Both the position numbers and the translations under genes were made by a program. Below, piece after piece: positions 17,790-27,513 of a stretch of DNA of 64,000 nt. The notes beneath the pieces are model-generated. The model made no database searches. It was not told the origin of the DNA and was given only the letters and a program-made list of their open reading frames with translations. Positions within the stretch are counted from its first letter, which is position 1. Each line of letters opens with the position of its first letter. The stretch comes from a virus (lineage: Duplodnaviria; Caudoviricetes), in IMG/VR virus record IMGVR_UViG_3300010429_001696, positions 1-64,000 of that record; one strand, given 5' to 3'.

Positions 17790-17880
17790 TTATTATATAT
17801 TGTATTTAAAAAGTCGTTTTTTTCCGTTTTTCGTTTCAATTATAGCACAAAATTACTAAAAAGTTTTAAATAAAAAAAAT
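17789..17880 (-). promoter_or_regulatory. Promoter module 2 (duplicate of module 1)
   Basis: TAnnTTTG at 17848-17855, then AAAACGGAAAAAAACGACTTTTT..AATACAATATATAATAAA. Confidence 0.7.
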
Positions 17881-17893
17881 TAAATTTATTATT

Positions 17894-18130
17894 TTATATT
17901 TTTACTAAATCTTTGTAGTTATAACAATATTTTAAACCAGATGGCAACCATATCACATCGAATTCATCTGGTTCATCGTTATATGGATTTCCAGCAACAA
18001 TTCCCTCACAATTCCCAAATTCATATCCATGACTAGCGCTTCCAAGTAAACCATCACCAGATAATTTTAATTTTTCTTTAAAATCATTTGACATTTTTAC
18101 CTTATCTCCTATTTTATAGTCGTTTTTCAT
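17894..18130 (-). CDS. Small SH3/KOW-like hypothetical protein
   Basis: YKIGDKVKM...GIV...DVIW; TAATTTTG upstream. Confidence 0.6.
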   Translation of the reverse strand: MKNDYKIGDKVKMSNDFKEKLKLSGDGLLGSASHGYEFGNCEGIVAGNPYNDEPDEFDVIWLPSGLKYCYNYKDLVKI

Positions 18131-18182
18131 AATGAAGCAAAATTATAAAAAAAGTTTGAAATAAAAAATTTTTTAAAAAAGT

Positions 18183-18350
18183 TCAAACTATTCTTTTCTT
18201 ATTGAATTTCATATTTACATCAGACGATTTTTCTTCGCCATCACTTACAGAAAAACCACCGACTTCCGTTTTTTTGTTTGGTTTTTGAATATCATGGAGT
18301 TTAGAAAATTCTTCGAATTTGAGTAAATTATCTAATTTTTTTTCAGCCAT
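18183..18350 (-). CDS. 55-aa protein with leader and KTEVG motif (absent from ORF track)
   Basis: MAEKKLDNLLKFEEFSKLHDIQKPNKKTEVGG; TTAATATATA upstream; resembles N-termini at 36911 and 37148. Confidence 0.65.
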   Translation of the reverse strand: MAEKKLDNLLKFEEFSKLHDIQKPNKKTEVGGFSVSDGEEKSSDVNMKFNKKRIV

Positions 18351-18404
18351 TTTAAATGAATTTTTTATTGTATATATTAAAAAATTTCATTCAAAAATAA
18401 TCAC

Positions 18405-18647
18405 TTAGATAATTTCCAGTTCTCTATTATCTATACGGCCTTCAACTGTAAAATATCCAGCATCTGGACCTTGTGGTACACTAAAAAATAAAGTTTCATC
18501 ATCATTTTGATGAATTTTTACTTTCTTGCTAAATTTACTCATCACTTTATCTTTGGCTTCTAAAAAGGTGTTTGCTTCAACTCCTTTTGTCCAGATGCCC
18601 ATAGTGACAGTCCCATTAAAAACTTGTTGAGTAACTATGTAAATCAT
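18405..18647 (-). CDS. Hypothetical protein
   Basis: Open ORF in operon. Confidence 0.6.
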   Translation of the reverse strand: MIYIVTQQVFNGTVTMGIWTKGVEANTFLEAKDKVMSKFSKKVKIHQNDDETLFFSVPQGPDAGYFTVEGRIDNRELEII

Positions 18648-18679
18648 AATATTTTAATATTTTTTTAACATTCTTTCTT

Positions 18680-19246
18680 TCATTTAAAAATATATATTCC
18701 TTTATTATTTAATAATCCATCACAATAACAACATCTTACTTTATAATCCTTAAAAACTATTCTTAAAAAATAATCATATAATTTATTTTTCCTATCATCT
18801 TGTGATAATCCAATAACATAAGAATAATTTTTAATTTTGTTATAATCTCTTACAATATAACCGATTTTGCCTAGTACTTCATATATCTCTTTTTTATTAG
18901 TTGGCTCTTCATACCTATCCACATCTCTATTTAATTCCGTGAATGAAATGTTATAAACAAATTCGTTGTTGATTTTATCACAATAGTTTTTCATTTTTAA
19001 AAGATCCAACCTATAATAATTATTAGAAGATGTTTGAAATCTTATGGTAATTATATCATTATCTAAATATATTACATCATAGTTCACGTCAGAATAATCC
19101 TTATCAAAAATTTCATTTAATTTTAAAAAAGGATTTTCGCCAATATATTTACTGGTATATATTTTAATATTTTTGTCTAATCTATTGTTATTGAATACTT
19201 TATAATATTCTTTAAAAGTTAGATAAGAAACATAAAGATATTTCAT
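18680..19246 (-). CDS. Hypothetical protein
   Basis: Open ORF in operon. Confidence 0.6.
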   Translation of the reverse strand: MKYLYVSYLTFKEYYKVFNNNRLDKNIKIYTSKYIGENPFLKLNEIFDKDYSDVNYDVIYLDNDIITIRFQTSSNNYYRLDLLKMKNYCDKINNEFVYNISFTELNRDVDRYEEPTNKKEIYEVLGKIGYIVRDYNKIKNYSYVIGLSQDDRKNKLYDYFLRIVFKDYKVRCCYCDGLLNNKGIYIFK

Positions 19247-19255
19247 TTAAAAAAA

Positions 19256-19534
19256 CTAAATTCTTTCATATCCACTCTCAAATGCTTCGGCAGGAGAAAA
19301 TGATTTATATCCATCTTTATATACAACATAGTAACCTCCAACTTGTGGTTTATGTTTTTGCATATATTCAAAATTCACCTTGAATGGAGCATAAGCTTCT
19401 TCTTCTGGAGTAATCATAGCGCTTCCATCCGTTTCTCTGTTCTCACCTTCACCATCTCTCACAATGGATTTAATTTTTAACGCCCAAACTTCTTTGTAGC
19501 ATTTATATTTTGGCATTTCGATTGATGCGCACAT
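19256..19534 (-). CDS. Conserved phage hypothetical protein
   Basis: PKYKCYKEVWALKI...GGYYVVYKDGYKSFSPAEAFESGY. Confidence 0.75.
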   Translation of the reverse strand: MCASIEMPKYKCYKEVWALKIKSIVRDGEGENRETDGSAMITPEEEAYAPFKVNFEYMQKHKPQVGGYYVVYKDGYKSFSPAEAFESGYERI

Positions 19535-19543
19535 AATTTTATA

Positions 19544-19750
19544 TTATTTTTCTTCTTCTGTTTCTGTTTTTTCAACATCAACATCTTCATCTTTTATATC
19601 TTCGTTTTCTTCGTTCTTAGCTTTTCCGCATTTTTTTGCATATCTTACAAAATATTTAGCAAGTAATTCTGTGTCATTCGACCAGTCATCTTCTCTTTTC
19701 TTATCAATTTTCTTGATAAACCGTTTAGCATTTTTAATGTTGTTTTTCAT
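19544..19750 (-). CDS. Hypothetical protein
   Basis: Open ORF. Confidence 0.55.
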   Translation of the reverse strand: MKNNIKNAKRFIKKIDKKREDDWSNDTELLAKYFVRYAKKCGKAKNEENEDIKDEDVDVEKTETEEEK

Positions 19751-19796
19751 ATATTATTTTTTTTATATTATTTTATACTCCTAAAAATTAAATGTT

Positions 19797-20315
19797 TTAT
19801 TTTTTAACAAAATTTTCTAAAAAGAAATTTTTTATTTTGTTTCCATTTTCAGTGACCTCGGGATGACCTTGAAAAGCCAATATTGGTTTGGTTTTATGTC
19901 TTATCCACATAACCATACCATTTACAATTTCTCCAACAAATCCATCTGGTATTCTATCGAAATAATAAGTGTGATTATAAAACATATTATAATTTTCACC
20001 AACAAATCTTAAATTTTCATTGAGTTTCCTATTTTTTGTCATTTTTTTCATTTCTCCACCAAAGGTATGGCATAAAATATGGAGACCCAAGCATATACCT
20101 AAAACTGGCTTATTGGTTTGTTTCAACCATTCTTTTTCTTTTTTAATATTTTCAAACGTTTCGTCCGGTGTTGGACCGCCAGATAAAACTATATAATCAT
20201 ATTGTTCGGCAACTTCACTATTAAAGTTTGTGCAGTTTATCATATCGCATCCATCAAATAATTTTATGATTTCGCCGATATATTTTGTGTTATGATTGAT
20301 TATAAGACCTTTCAT
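19797..20315 (-). CDS. Class I glutamine amidotransferase
   Basis: LSGGP, PVLGICLG, FQGHPE triad. Confidence 0.9.
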   Translation of the reverse strand: MKGLIINHNTKYIGEIIKLFDGCDMINCTNFNSEVAEQYDYIVLSGGPTPDETFENIKKEKEWLKQTNKPVLGICLGLHILCHTFGGEMKKMTKNRKLNENLRFVGENYNMFYNHTYYFDRIPDGFVGEIVNGMVMWIRHKTKPILAFQGHPEVTENGNKIKNFFLENFVKK

Positions 20316-20374
20316 TTTTCAAAATTAATAAAAAAATATTTCAGAAAAAAAAAATTAATATATAATTTTTGATT

Positions 20375-21412
20375 ATGAATATTAAACTTTTTGAACAATT
20401 TTCTGATGAAAAATATAAAGTTGGAGATCTTTTTTATGTTAGAGATCCAAAGAATTATGATGTATATGAATTGATCGAAATTTCTGAGGAACCTGTTTTA
20501 CATTGGGGAATAAGTCGCTCGGAGAAAAAAACTGACATTTATTATAATGTAAGTTCGGATGGAAATACACTCAGTTATACAAAAAATTATTTTGATAGTA
20601 TATTTGGTCTTATTGATAATAAAACAACAGAAAAATATAAAAAGAAAGAGTTATTAAAATTTAACATATCTCAAGATTTGAAAAATATTCTATATGATTT
20701 CGATTTTAAACCAGAAAAGCCAAATTTATATGAATATACAAATTTTGATACAAATGAAAAAAACAATAATTTAATAGATTGTAAAGATGCCAATGGGAAA
20801 AAACTATCTATTCGTACAGGCAAATTTTTTAAAATGATATGTCCTAACTCTAAACCTACAAGAATAGAATACCTTGTTGGTGAATATAAATCTAGACATG
20901 ATATGATTTATAACAAAATTAATTTAGAAATAGTCAAGGGAGAAGAAATACGGCATTGGTACTTGGATGAGAACTACAAAGAAGGACATGGAAGCCTAAA
21001 TAATTCTTGTATGAGATTTAAAGATTGTCAAAAAAAATTAAACCTTTATTGTGACAATCCAAAAAAAGTCGCTCTTGTTATATTAAAAAGTGAAGAAAAT
21101 AAATTGCTTGGAAGGGCTCTTTTATGGAAATTAGACAAACCAAATAATAAAATTTATATGGATAGAATATATACTGTAGTGGATTTTTATGAAAACATTT
21201 TTTTAAAATTCGCAAGAAAAAATGGATATTTAAATTATTATGACAGTAGAGAAAAAATGGTCGTTGAACTTAAAACAAAATCAAGTCCTGATAAAAATCC
21301 ATATATGGACACATTTTCATGTTATAATTATAAAAAACATTTTTTAACAAATTATATAGACTATGATTTTGATGAAGATGATGATAATTACGAAACATTT
21401 GACTATGCTTAA
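20375..21412 (+). CDS. Phage protein, SCM/GRALLW/MDRIY family, paralog 1
   Basis: IKLFEQF leader; GSLNNSCMR...LGRALLWK...MDRIY...PYMDT. Confidence 0.75.
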   Translation: MNIKLFEQFSDEKYKVGDLFYVRDPKNYDVYELIEISEEPVLHWGISRSEKKTDIYYNVSSDGNTLSYTKNYFDSIFGLIDNKTTEKYKKKELLKFNISQDLKNILYDFDFKPEKPNLYEYTNFDTNEKNNNLIDCKDANGKKLSIRTGKFFKMICPNSKPTRIEYLVGEYKSRHDMIYNKINLEIVKGEEIRHWYLDENYKEGHGSLNNSCMRFKDCQKKLNLYCDNPKKVALVILKSEENKLLGRALLWKLDKPNNKIYMDRIYTVVDFYENIFLKFARKNGYLNYYDSREKMVVELKTKSSPDKNPYMDTFSCYNYKKHFLTNYIDYDFDEDDDNYETFDYA

Positions 21413-21428
21413 ATAAAAGATAAAAGAT

Positions 21429-21725
21429 ATGTGGAAATTTTTGAAAATATACGAGCAATTTGATTTTGATGAAGATGATCCTTGGGGTGAAGAAAGAGCT
21501 GTCATTAAAGAGCCAAAATTTGAAATAGGTGATAAAGTAAAAACGAGATATGAAATACTCGATAGCTCTCGCAGTGTATATATAGAAAGATATGAAATTG
21601 GTGAAGTAATGAAAACTGAAAAAGAAAAAAATCAATTTTCTTATATAATTGAATTCGAAGGGAATAGAATTTTCAAAGTTCTTGATGAGCATCAGAACAA
21701 GTTCTATATATTAGAAAAAATTTGA
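21429..21725 (+). CDS. Small leader-bearing SH3/KOW-like protein
   Basis: LKIYEQFDFDEDDPWGEE..FEIGDKVK. Confidence 0.65.
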   Translation: MWKFLKIYEQFDFDEDDPWGEERAVIKEPKFEIGDKVKTRYEILDSSRSVYIERYEIGEVMKTEKEKNQFSYIIEFEGNRIFKVLDEHQNKFYILEKI

Positions 21726-22223
21726 TCAATCTTTGATATGAGATCTTGTTAGCCAAGCCACTTTTTCGGTTTCATCTAAAAGTCCTTCCAAGAAATTAGT
21801 TGTTCCATTATCAACATCTTCTTCTTTTAAAAACTTTCTTATCGAAACAATGGTATCCTCAATATCTTTTAAAATAAGCTCATACATTTCTTCGATATCT
21901 GTTATATCATCTTCACAATCTTTTAAATCTGCTTCATCTAAATATCCCTTTACAGTACTTATTGGTCTTCCGCCCAAAAATCTAACTCTTTCTGCAATGC
22001 TATCTATTTTTTCAAAGGCCCCTTCATATATATCTTGAAAGAATTTATGAGCCTGGGCGAAATCTTTACCAACCATATTCCAGTGAAAATTAAAAGCTTT
22101 AACCATTAAAATAAAATGATTTGATAAAAGTTTATTTAAAAACTCAATAACTGGTTTTGTTTCTTTTTCTTCCAGGTCAATGTTAATGTCACTGTAACCT
22201 TCAAAAGTTTTCATTATTCTCAT
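21726..22223 (-). CDS. dps: Dps/ferritin-like DNA protection protein
   Basis: FHWNMVG.DF..AHKFF..IDSIAERVRFLGG..EKVAW. Confidence 0.9.
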   Translation of the reverse strand: MRIMKTFEGYSDINIDLEEKETKPVIEFLNKLLSNHFILMVKAFNFHWNMVGKDFAQAHKFFQDIYEGAFEKIDSIAERVRFLGGRPISTVKGYLDEADLKDCEDDITDIEEMYELILKDIEDTIVSIRKFLKEEDVDNGTTNFLEGLLDETEKVAWLTRSHIKD

Positions 22224-22276
22224 AGCTTTAATATTTTTTTATATTATATATTGAAATATTTAAATCATTTTTTATG

Positions 22277-22306
22277 AAAAAAAAAAGAGACCCCCGTAAG
22301 AGTCTC
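22277..22306 (-). terminator. Intrinsic terminator after gp32-like gene
   Basis: GAGACTCTTACGGGGGTCTC followed by U-tract. Confidence 0.75.
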
Positions 22307-22336
22307 CTTTTTTCGTTTAAAGCGCATGTGTCTTGA

Positions 22337-23359
22337 TTAGATTCCATCATCATCTTCATCATCAAAGTCAAATATGCTGTCGATGTCATCATCAACAATA
22401 TTGACCGGTGCTCTTTCTGATGATGTTTTAGCTACTCTTTCAGCCTTAACCACTTCATTTCCAGTTAGAATAGATATTATTCTTTCAACATTTGCACGCT
22501 GCTCGTCGGTGAGTGGTTTTGGTGCGTGATTACTTAAATCAACATTATCCGGGCGGTTCATCAAAACTTCTTTAATTTTAGCTTGCCATTTCTTGTCTGT
22601 TATCGCTGGTTTACCATCAATAATTTCAACAGGAGGAGTGACGAATTTTTGTGATTTTTCGCTAAAAATTTTCAAAGGTGTGCTGGTTAGGAATGTGCTG
22701 GTGTCATAATTCGGCATATCTACTGGAGGACCAGGTCTTCCATCAGGCGGAGGAGTTTTCTTAATTTTTATAACTAACCGAAAATCTTTACCAGTAACAA
22801 AGTCAAAAACATTGCATTTTGAACCATCTTCTGATACTTCACCATTTTTTTCTGCATTGATTTTTTCCAAAATTTTTGTTCCATATGGATAAACCAAAAT
22901 CTTACCAACAAGCTCTGGATGTTGCTCGTCTTCAATTACCATTATATAAGAATAGTACTTAGTACTTCTCTTAATGAGTTTTGAATTTTCAACATCAGCA
23001 CTGTTGTTTGATTTGTTTAATTTCCAATAAGTTGTACATAATGGACAAGGTGTTTGTTTTGAAGTGTTTTTCTCACAATCATAATATCCAGAAAGTTCGG
23101 GATAATTTTTGAAATCAGCATAATGTACGTGTTTTTGGATTGCTGCTGGACCTGCCCCGCTTCCATCCTTATAAACATTTCTAAGGAAACGGATAATGGC
23201 CCTGTAACCTGTTCCCCTTGGATCTGCCGAGTCCTCGGGTCTTGGACGATAGATACCGTCCTGATTTTTGCTCTCTTTGTTCAAAAAAGCCAATTCTTCA
23301 TTTTCTTTTTCACTAGAAGCCCCAAATAAGAAATCTTCATCATTTTTAAATTCTGCCAT
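22337..23359 (-). CDS. T4 gp32-like single-stranded DNA-binding protein
   Basis: AIIRFL, C...CPLC, YYSYIMVIED..HPELVGKI.VY.YG.KI, FD..GKDFRLVIK, NYDTS.F, acidic tail. Confidence 0.85.
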   Translation of the reverse strand: MAEFKNDEDFLFGASSEKENEELAFLNKESKNQDGIYRPRPEDSADPRGTGYRAIIRFLRNVYKDGSGAGPAAIQKHVHYADFKNYPELSGYYDCEKNTSKQTPCPLCTTYWKLNKSNNSADVENSKLIKRSTKYYSYIMVIEDEQHPELVGKILVYPYGTKILEKINAEKNGEVSEDGSKCNVFDFVTGKDFRLVIKIKKTPPPDGRPGPPVDMPNYDTSTFLTSTPLKIFSEKSQKFVTPPVEIIDGKPAITDKKWQAKIKEVLMNRPDNVDLSNHAPKPLTDEQRANVERIISILTGNEVVKAERVAKTSSERAPVNIVDDDIDSIFDFDDEDDDGI

Positions 23360-23467
23360 AAAGCCTATAATTATTTTTTGAATGAGTTTAAAAGCCGATA
23401 AGCCTAAAATTCATTTTAGAGATTATATAAAAAAACTACAAAAAGTTTTGAAAAAAAAAAATAAAAA

Positions 23468-23803
23468 TTATTCTTTGATGAGAGGCGGATCGTTCTTGAA
23501 TCCGTACTTATCTTTTATTTTCTTTATCAACGAACTAACTATTATTGGAGTTGACATAAACATTTCTTTATAACTGGTAATGTCCACCTCGGGATTTTCA
23601 TCGATATATAACATCGTCTCATCAGTGAAATCTTTACAAAATGTGTTATAATCATATTGATAATTTATATCAAATGCCTCAAAAGCCTTGTTGATCATTT
23701 TAACAGATTCTTTAAAATCATCGTACTTCTCTACAAATAAATCATTAAAAAGCCTATCTTTTATTTCTTGCTTTCTTTTCTCAATTTCATTTTTATCTAT
23801 CAT
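23468..23803 (-). CDS. Hypothetical protein
   Basis: Open ORF. Confidence 0.6.
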   Translation of the reverse strand: MIDKNEIEKRKQEIKDRLFNDLFVEKYDDFKESVKMINKAFEAFDINYQYDYNTFCKDFTDETMLYIDENPEVDITSYKEMFMSTPIIVSSLIKKIKDKYGFKNDPPLIKE

Positions 23804-23892
23804 TAACTTTAAATAGTTTTTTTATATAAATATATATAAAAAATTGAAACCAGTGTTTTTTATATATAGAACAAAAAGAAAAATAATATTAA

Positions 23893-26442
23893 ATGGCTTC
23901 TTTTACAACATCTTCTTCTGTAGGGTCTTCCAGCACATCTACAACAAAAACATATAAAAAGTTATCAACAGCATCTGAATCAAATAGTGGAGGAGGAGCT
24001 TTAAAATATGATCCTTTAAACACATCTACCGATACTTATTATACTCAGCAAGAAATTTTAAATGTTGATAATAATATAAATTACAGAACATCATCCAACG
24101 CTGTCAAATTACTACCTGTTATTGAGAACAATAATGGAAAGGTGAAATTATATACAGAAGTCAATTCAAATTTCAAAGTAGGGGATAAAGTTTATATAAT
24201 GTATGATCAATCATCTGCGAACACTAGAATTTATTTAAAAGGAATACAAAATTCATCCAATAAAATTTTTACTTTTTTCAATTCTATTCCTTATGGGGCA
24301 ACTTATTATCTATATAAAAAAGAAGATTTAGAAGTCGATTTCGTTTTAGTAACTGGTTATACTATAAGCGATGAAAGAAATTCTATAACTATTGATGAAC
24401 CACCAAAATCCACTGATAAAATCGAGCTTTATTATAATTTTATACCAGATATAATTTTGGATAATTATCTAGAATTTTCAGCTTGTACGTTTTTAATAAC
24501 CAATTTATTTTTATCAAACTGGCAATATTTATATCAGTCACAAGGATATAAAATATTGGAAATGAATGAGTTGAATAATGAGATAACCATAGATCGTTAT
24601 TTTGATTCTAGGTTTCTGAATAAAAAAATATACAATCATTATATAGGTAGAGCTTATATAAAAAACATAGATTTTGTAAGAGGTGAGATAGATGGAGCGA
24701 TGATAAACTCTATGTATTTGAATAGTGGCGAGACAACTGCCATAGATATCAATATGGTTCAGGCAATAGTTTTTAGCGGACAAAGCAAGCTTGTTGATGT
24801 TAAAAACAAATATGATTCCAACTATGTAAGCACAAATGCCGAAATCACAACAAAATCAGTAACTACTTATAAACCATATATTTATAAAGGTAGTAGTGTT
24901 ATTGATAATCAAACGGATACAATATCATCTTATTATAGTAAAAATAATAATATTTATGGTTATAATTACATAAATAATGTTTCTATGACTGGTGTAACCA
25001 TAAGAGTTGGTTATTTTAAAAATTGCACAATAAAAGATTCTTATATTTATGGTGGTGAATTTATAAATTGTAATATAATAGGAGGCACGATTTCGGATGG
25101 TTATTTTATAAATTGCCAAGTTGAATCGAGCAGATGGTTAAATGGCACGTGGGAAGATCAAACCAATACGGAAGACACTTTTAATCCTTATGATGGTGTT
25201 TGGTCAAATGGTGTTTGGAATTATGGAATATTTAGAAATATGACTTGGTTGGATGGTATTTTCAATGATGGATATTTCTATGATAGTACTTGGACAAAGG
25301 GAACCTTTAAAGGGGGTGAAATGATGTCAATAGATCCATTATTAATGAATACTTGGTATGATGGAATATTTAGTGGTGGGGTCATTTTAAATATGATTTG
25401 GAAAAATGGAAGCTTTAATGGAGGCACTATAACAAATTGCGTGTGGGAAGATGGAACCTTTAATGATGGAACGATGAAAACGTGCACGTGGGCAACTGGA
25501 ACGGTCAATGGTGGCACAATAAATAACACAATATGGCAAGATGGCACTTTCAATAAAGGATTAATGAGTTGTTGTTATTGGAATGATGGAACGTTCAATG
25601 GGGGAACATTTAATTCGGATAACAATATAAAGTTGGGAAGTGATTATAATGGAGTCTTTACAAATGGTGGAGCTCTTACACAAAAAGATGTCAATAAATC
25701 ATATTATTGGAACAATGGAACGTTCAATGGTGGAAGTTTTTTGAACAGCATATGGATGGATGGAGCGTTTATTAATGGAGTTATAGATCAAGGTAGTTTG
25801 TGGATAAAAGGCGATTTTTTAAACGGAGAATTTAAAAATAGTTATTGGATGGAAGGAACTTTCAAACAAGGCAAAGTAACAAATTCATCTTTTCATAATG
25901 TAAACTGGGGTCGAGGCACTTGGCTGAGTGGAAATATTGGAATAATTGACACGGCGGGAAAATCCTCAACAACATATCCTATAGTTAATTGGTATGGCGG
26001 AGTTTTTAATGAAGGAGTGTTTGGTCACGCTCTATGGAGTTATTTCAATAGCAATTTTGTTTCTGTGGATAATACTGGAGTGACATATAATCCTTATGTT
26101 GGAAATCCTAGTTTGTCAGCGGTGACGATGAATTGGCATGATGGAAACTTTTATGGTAAACATTTTTATAGTTATTTTGCTAGTGGAGATACTTTATGTT
26201 CGATTGCTATTGGTGGGTTCTCAGGCGGCACGTTTTATAATGGTTATTTTAGAGGAGTTTTTTATAATGGAACATGGGCAGGCGGAACATTTTTATCACC
26301 ACCTTGCTGCAATAAATCTCGTCAAATTATTGTCAATAATATGCCCATATTTACAACGGATCCAAGGAATAAAAAACTTGGCAGAAAATATGGTTTAATA
26401 AATCCAAAAGCTGGAAGAAAGACTGGAAATAGCACTTTATAA
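23893..26442 (+). CDS. Beta-helix repeat protein (W-x-x-G-x-F-x-x-G decamers), likely virion-associated
   Basis: Many ~10-aa repeats such as WEDGTFNDGT; Ser/Thr-rich N-terminus; TATATATA upstream. Confidence 0.7.
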   Translation: MASFTTSSSVGSSSTSTTKTYKKLSTASESNSGGGALKYDPLNTSTDTYYTQQEILNVDNNINYRTSSNAVKLLPVIENNNGKVKLYTEVNSNFKVGDKVYIMYDQSSANTRIYLKGIQNSSNKIFTFFNSIPYGATYYLYKKEDLEVDFVLVTGYTISDERNSITIDEPPKSTDKIELYYNFIPDIILDNYLEFSACTFLITNLFLSNWQYLYQSQGYKILEMNELNNEITIDRYFDSRFLNKKIYNHYIGRAYIKNIDFVRGEIDGAMINSMYLNSGETTAIDINMVQAIVFSGQSKLVDVKNKYDSNYVSTNAEITTKSVTTYKPYIYKGSSVIDNQTDTISSYYSKNNNIYGYNYINNVSMTGVTIRVGYFKNCTIKDSYIYGGEFINCNIIGGTISDGYFINCQVESSRWLNGTWEDQTNTEDTFNPYDGVWSNGVWNYGIFRNMTWLDGIFNDGYFYDSTWTKGTFKGGEMMSIDPLLMNTWYDGIFSGGVILNMIWKNGSFNGGTITNCVWEDGTFNDGTMKTCTWATGTVNGGTINNTIWQDGTFNKGLMSCCYWNDGTFNGGTFNSDNNIKLGSDYNGVFTNGGALTQKDVNKSYYWNNGTFNGGSFLNSIWMDGAFINGVIDQGSLWIKGDFLNGEFKNSYWMEGTFKQGKVTNSSFHNVNWGRGTWLSGNIGIIDTAGKSSTTYPIVNWYGGVFNEGVFGHALWSYFNSNFVSVDNTGVTYNPYVGNPSLSAVTMNWHDGNFYGKHFYSYFASGDTLCSIAIGGFSGGTFYNGYFRGVFYNGTWAGGTFLSPPCCNKSRQIIVNNMPIFTTDPRNKKLGRKYGLINPKAGRKTGNSTL

Positions 26443-26448
26443 TGAAAA

Positions 26449-27423
26449 TTAAATTCTATAGAACGGATCTCCAGATATTTGTTTAGAAAGTGATTCAGAA
26501 CCTATTCTTATATATTTGAAAAAACTTCGTTCTGTTGTGTGACCAGTTATATTCATTATTTCTAAAAGAGTCATTCTTCCAGTAAGGTACATGTTTGTTG
26601 CGGCACTTCTTCTAGCTGTATGCGACGATATGAGTTCCCATTTTTTCTTCGTCTCGCTAACAATATTACCTCCCCTAGTGTAACTATATGTAATATTGTC
26701 ATCAAATCCTATTTTTTTACATATCAATTTGATATATCTATTGAAATGTTGAGAACAAAGGTTGAAATTTAGGTTTCCATCATATTTTTCATATATTTCT
26801 TTGATATAGTCGTGAAGAGGAATAATAACTTTTTTGTGAGTTTTTTGTGTCATTTTAATCAAATAGTCTCCATTAAAATTTTCTTTTTCTAATTTTGAAT
26901 AATCACCATATCTAAGAGCTGTCAAGCATCCTATGATGAACAAATCCCTTATTCTTTCTTGTTTTTTTGTCAGTCCTTTATAATAATATATTCTTGTTAT
27001 CTCGTTCATAGACAAATATGTTGAAAAAGATTCTTCTTGATTAACATCAACATCGTCATACGTGTTATCAACAGCATAACCATAATTGGCGGCTTTTCTC
27101 ACCATAGCCTTAACTAAAAATAATAGATTTTTTATATAGTTCTGTTTCAGATCTCTTTCTTGAAGATAGATTATGAAATCATCTAAAAATTCTTCATTAA
27201 CACTGTTTGTGTAGATTGTTGCCTCGTATATCTTGGAGAAATTATTCAAATGATAAATTAAAGTTTTGTAATTTGATGGATAATGAACACTCATTCTTTT
27301 TGATTTTCTTTTCACTGTCATTTCAATGAAATCAGAAAAAAGGACTCCGAATTTTGGTTCATTTTTATTTGAATAATTTATATAATCTTTGGATTTTTTC
27401 TCAATTACATTTTCCTCTAGCAT
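26449..27423 (-). CDS. Tyrosine recombinase/integrase, Bacteroidetes type
   Basis: RDLFIIGCLTALRYGD, QKT, ISSHTARRSAATN, ITGHTTE.SFFKYI. Confidence 0.92.
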   Translation of the reverse strand: MLEENVIEKKSKDYINYSNKNEPKFGVLFSDFIEMTVKRKSKRMSVHYPSNYKTLIYHLNNFSKIYEATIYTNSVNEEFLDDFIIYLQERDLKQNYIKNLLFLVKAMVRKAANYGYAVDNTYDDVDVNQEESFSTYLSMNEITRIYYYKGLTKKQERIRDLFIIGCLTALRYGDYSKLEKENFNGDYLIKMTQKTHKKVIIPLHDYIKEIYEKYDGNLNFNLCSQHFNRYIKLICKKIGFDDNITYSYTRGGNIVSETKKKWELISSHTARRSAATNMYLTGRMTLLEIMNITGHTTERSFFKYIRIGSESLSKQISGDPFYRI

Positions 27424-27513
27424 AATTCTTTTTTTTAAACATAAATAGTTTTTAATTTTTTGTTTGAAAAATATTATGAAAAAATCGCGTGAAAAGTTCC
27501 AAAGGTGAACTAA

